A stretch of 8,899 nucleotides of DNA, taken from positions 1-8,899 of the IMG/VR virus record IMGVR_UViG_2600255005_000007; one strand, written 5' to 3'. The notes beneath the pieces are model-generated. The model was not told where the DNA came from. It did not search any database and saw only the letters and a program-made list of their open reading frames with translations. Positions 6,802 to 8,899 of this stretch are shown here, one piece after another; position 1 is the first letter of the stretch, and each line of letters begins with the position of its first letter. The stretch is from a virus. Its lineage: Duplodnaviria; Heunggongvirae; Uroviricota; Caudoviricetes. Position numbers and translations under genes: made by a program.

Positions 6802-7260
6802 ATGAAAAATATTAGAGAGTTAAATAATGCAGAATTCTCCGGGCTTATTAACAATGCTTTACCATTCTTACATATTAATCCTATAAGCGAAGCTGTTTGT
6901 ATTCATGCAGAAGCTTATAAAAGTGGTATTGATGTTAACTATATCCGTTGCAACGTTGACTGGGAGGGGTTTTCTTCTTTAACTGAAGCGTTGGAAACGT
7001 TATACCATGAATTATTTAAAGATGGTATTCCATCAGGCGAATTGTTGTTTTTTTACCCGTTTGATAGAACAAAGAAAGGGAATTATGGTGTTATACTGGA
7101 ATCATCTCAGCTATTAGATTTCTTAATAAAAGAGCATTTGAAGATTTATCCTGAATGTTTTAATGTAGAAATGTGTAGCTTCGGTTTTTATTTTATAGAT
7201 CACGAAATATTTTACGGCATGGAACATCCTGATTTTTTATATAGTTTCTGTGTAAGATAA
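6802..7260 (+). CDS. Putative immunity protein for Rhs-CT 3 (152 aa)
   Basis: ATG immediately follows the toxin stop (TAA-ATG at 6799-6804); AT-rich; followed by a terminator hairpin. Confidence 0.6.
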   Translation: MKNIRELNNAEFSGLINNALPFLHINPISEAVCIHAEAYKSGIDVNYIRCNVDWEGFSSLTEALETLYHELFKDGIPSGELLFFYPFDRTKKGNYGVILESSQLLDFLIKEHLKIYPECFNVEMCSFGFYFIDHEIFYGMEHPDFLYSFCVR

Positions 7261-7296
7261 TTAATAAAGTGAGGAGTATATTTCTCTTTCTTAATC

Positions 7297-7335
7297 GCCG
7301 GGAAAGGTAGATTAAATCTTCCCGGCTTTTTTATT
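7297..7335 (+). terminator. Intrinsic terminator after immunity gene 3
   Basis: Perfect 8 bp stem GCCGGGAA (7297-7304) / TTCCCGGC (7319-7326) followed by TTTTTTATT. No T-tract in the minus-strand direction. Confidence 0.55.
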
Positions 7336-7599
7336 ATTTAACGTTCGTTCAGCACACTAAACATCCCGTCCCGCATCCCCTTAACAGCCTGTTTAACCTG
7401 ATAAAGTTCCCTGCGCAGTTCCTGTACTTCGTTGTTATCCGCTAGCAGGATCAGGCAACCTTCCGAGATCTTCACGGTAACGCCCGTGCCGATCTCAAAT
7501 CCCGCTTCTCTCAGCCATTTGGCGCTGATTTTGATCACCGGCGTGTCGCTGCGGTTGGGCAGATAGCCCACGGTACAGTGGCGCTGTGTTTTGGAAATG
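7311..7599. repeat. Direct repeat copy B (about 289 bp), partner of 4719-5006
   Basis: See copy A. The right end abuts GC-rich primase-like sequence at 7599/7600. Confidence 0.8.
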
Positions 7600-7619
7600 G
7601 TGGGCCGCACTGCTGGCAC
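7338..7619 (-). CDS. SymE-family toxin-like protein, copy 2; the N-terminal 10 codons come from unrelated sequence beyond the repeat boundary
   Basis: Near-identical to copy 1 over the shared part (ISKTQRHCTVGYLPNRSDTPVIKISAKWLREAGFEIGTGVTVKISEGCLILLADNNEVQELRRELYQVKQAVKGMRDGMFSVLNER). The ORF start at 7619 is a GTG lying antisense inside the primase-like region, with no SD. Confidence 0.55.
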   Translation of the reverse strand: MPAVRPTISKTQRHCTVGYLPNRSDTPVIKISAKWLREAGFEIGTGVTVKISEGCLILLADNNEVQELRRELYQVKQAVKGMRDGMFSVLNER

Positions 7620-8899
7620 ACGGCGTCAGGCAGGTACTGATCGCCTACGACAACGATCCGGCGGGCAATGAGGCGGCGGTGAAACTGGCTTCTTCCTTAG
7701 CCGCTTCCGGGATCGCCACGTTCCGCGTACTGTTCCCGGCGGGCATGGATGCGAACGGTTATCTGTGCAGTGTGGCAGAGCCGGAACAGGCGTTCAGTCT
7801 GTTGCTGGATGGCGCGGTGCCCATGAGTGACCTGGCCGATGCGGAGAGTATCGCGCCGCAGGCCAGCGCGGAGCCTGCACACCTGACTTCATTAGCTGCC
7901 GGGGTTGCGGTCTTACCCGCAGCCGCCGCGCCTGCACCGGGCGTCAGCGTGGAAACCCTGGCCGATGGCGAACTGATGGTAGCCTTACCCGGCGAACGCT
8001 GGACTATCAGGGGCGTAAGCCGCAAACCGAACGTCGCCGCGATGAAGGTCAATGCGCAGGTGCTGGACACCAACAGCGGCGTGGTGTTCGCTGATGCGGT
8101 GGATATGATGAGCGCCCGCAGCCGTTCCGGTTATGCGCGGGCCGCAGCGGCAGAGCTTGGGCTTGCCGAAGGCGACCTGCGCCGTTCGCTGGGTAAGGTG
8201 CTGCTGGCGCTGGAGCACTGGCAGGCGGCACCGGAGCCGGAGAGCGTCGCCCCGGAGATGACGCCGGAAGATCGGGAGGCGGCGCTGGATCTGCTGCGCG
8301 ACGAGTGTCTTGCCGGGCGCATCGCTTCTGATATGGCGGCGTGTGGCGTGGTGGGTGAGTCCACCAACCTGACGGCGGCGTATCTGGCGGCGGTGTCACG
8401 CAAACTGGAGCGCCCGCTTGCCGTTCTCATCCAGTCGTCGAGCGCGGCGGGTAAGTCCAGCTTAATGGATGCGGTGCTCAATCTGATCCCGCCAGAGGAA
8501 CGGCTGCAATACAGCGCCATGACCGGGCAGAGCCTGTTCTACCTCGGCGAAACCAACCTGCAACACAAGATCCTCGCCATCGCAGAAGAAGAAGGTGTGC
8601 GCCAGGCGGCGTATGCGCTGAAACTGTTGCAATCAGACGGGGAACTGACCATCGCCAGTACGGGCAAGGACGACGCCAGCGGCAACCTGGTCACCAAACA
8701 GTACACGGTGAAAGGCCCGGTGATGCTGATGCTGACCACCACGGCGATCGACGTCGATGAAGAACTGTTAAACCGCTGCCTGGTGCTGACGGTGAACGAG
8801 TCGCGGGAGCAGACGGAGGCCGAACTGCTCTTTAACAATTTATCAGACAATCTGTGTGGGCACTCGAAGATACGGATTCTTAACGTCCTCGGACGATAA
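7600..8899 (+). CDS. Toprim-domain primase-like protein with downstream P-loop-like region, N-terminally truncated at the repeat junction (integrative/conjugative-element type replication or mobilisation protein)
   Basis: VLIAYDNDPAGNEAAVKL resembles the Toprim DxD motif region; a Walker-A-like SSSAAGKSSL follows after an Ala/Pro-rich linker. GC-rich coding sequence with good third-position GC bias. The conserved Toprim Glu region expected upstream is missing. The reported start at 7586 is a GTG inside the SymE repeat. Confidence 0.55.

Noticed and set aside
7697-8850. ORFs 7697..7882(-), 7759..8073(-), 7985..8218(-), 8049..8399(-), 8131..8520(-), 8539..8850(-)
   Set aside because: Antisense ORFs inside the GC-rich primase-like frame, with low-complexity Arg/Ala/Ser/Pro-rich translations.
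8845-8899. tmRNA or tRNA 3'-end-like sequence at the window end (CGAAGATACGGATTCTTAACGTCCTCGGACG)
   Set aside because: Only a loose resemblance to the ssrA 3' region; no acceptor stem or T-arm (GGTTCGA-type) motif could be built.
1-8899. CRISPR arrays, rRNA or tRNA genes
   Set aside because: No regularly spaced short repeats and no tRNA-like cloverleaf signatures found on either strand.

Overview
This window is a mosaic accessory region rather than an ordinary operon. From left to right it holds: (1) a minus-strand fragment of the cellulose synthase gene bcsC (TPR region) cut off at about position 480; (2) a 5'-truncated phage side-tail-fibre gene fused in frame to the antisense of bcsC, followed by two small tightly coupled ORFs; (3) a 3' remnant of a tyrosine recombinase and about 0.9 kb of GC-rich DNA with no convincing coding frame; (4) three orphan Rhs C-terminal toxin / immunity modules, each starting with the conserved Rhs core-end peptide DPIGL...DPLGL but lacking an upstream YD-repeat core; (5) two about 290 bp direct repeats, each carrying a SymE-family (type I toxin-like) ORF on the opposite strand plus a terminator hairpin, bracketing orphan modules 2 and 3; (6) a GC-rich Toprim primase-like ORF whose N-terminus is cut by the second repeat. 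The best candidate for something new is the orphan Rhs toxin/immunity array interleaved with SymE-like repeats, including two toxin domains I cannot assign to any family. All calls rest on reading the sequence and recalled family motifs; no database search was run.
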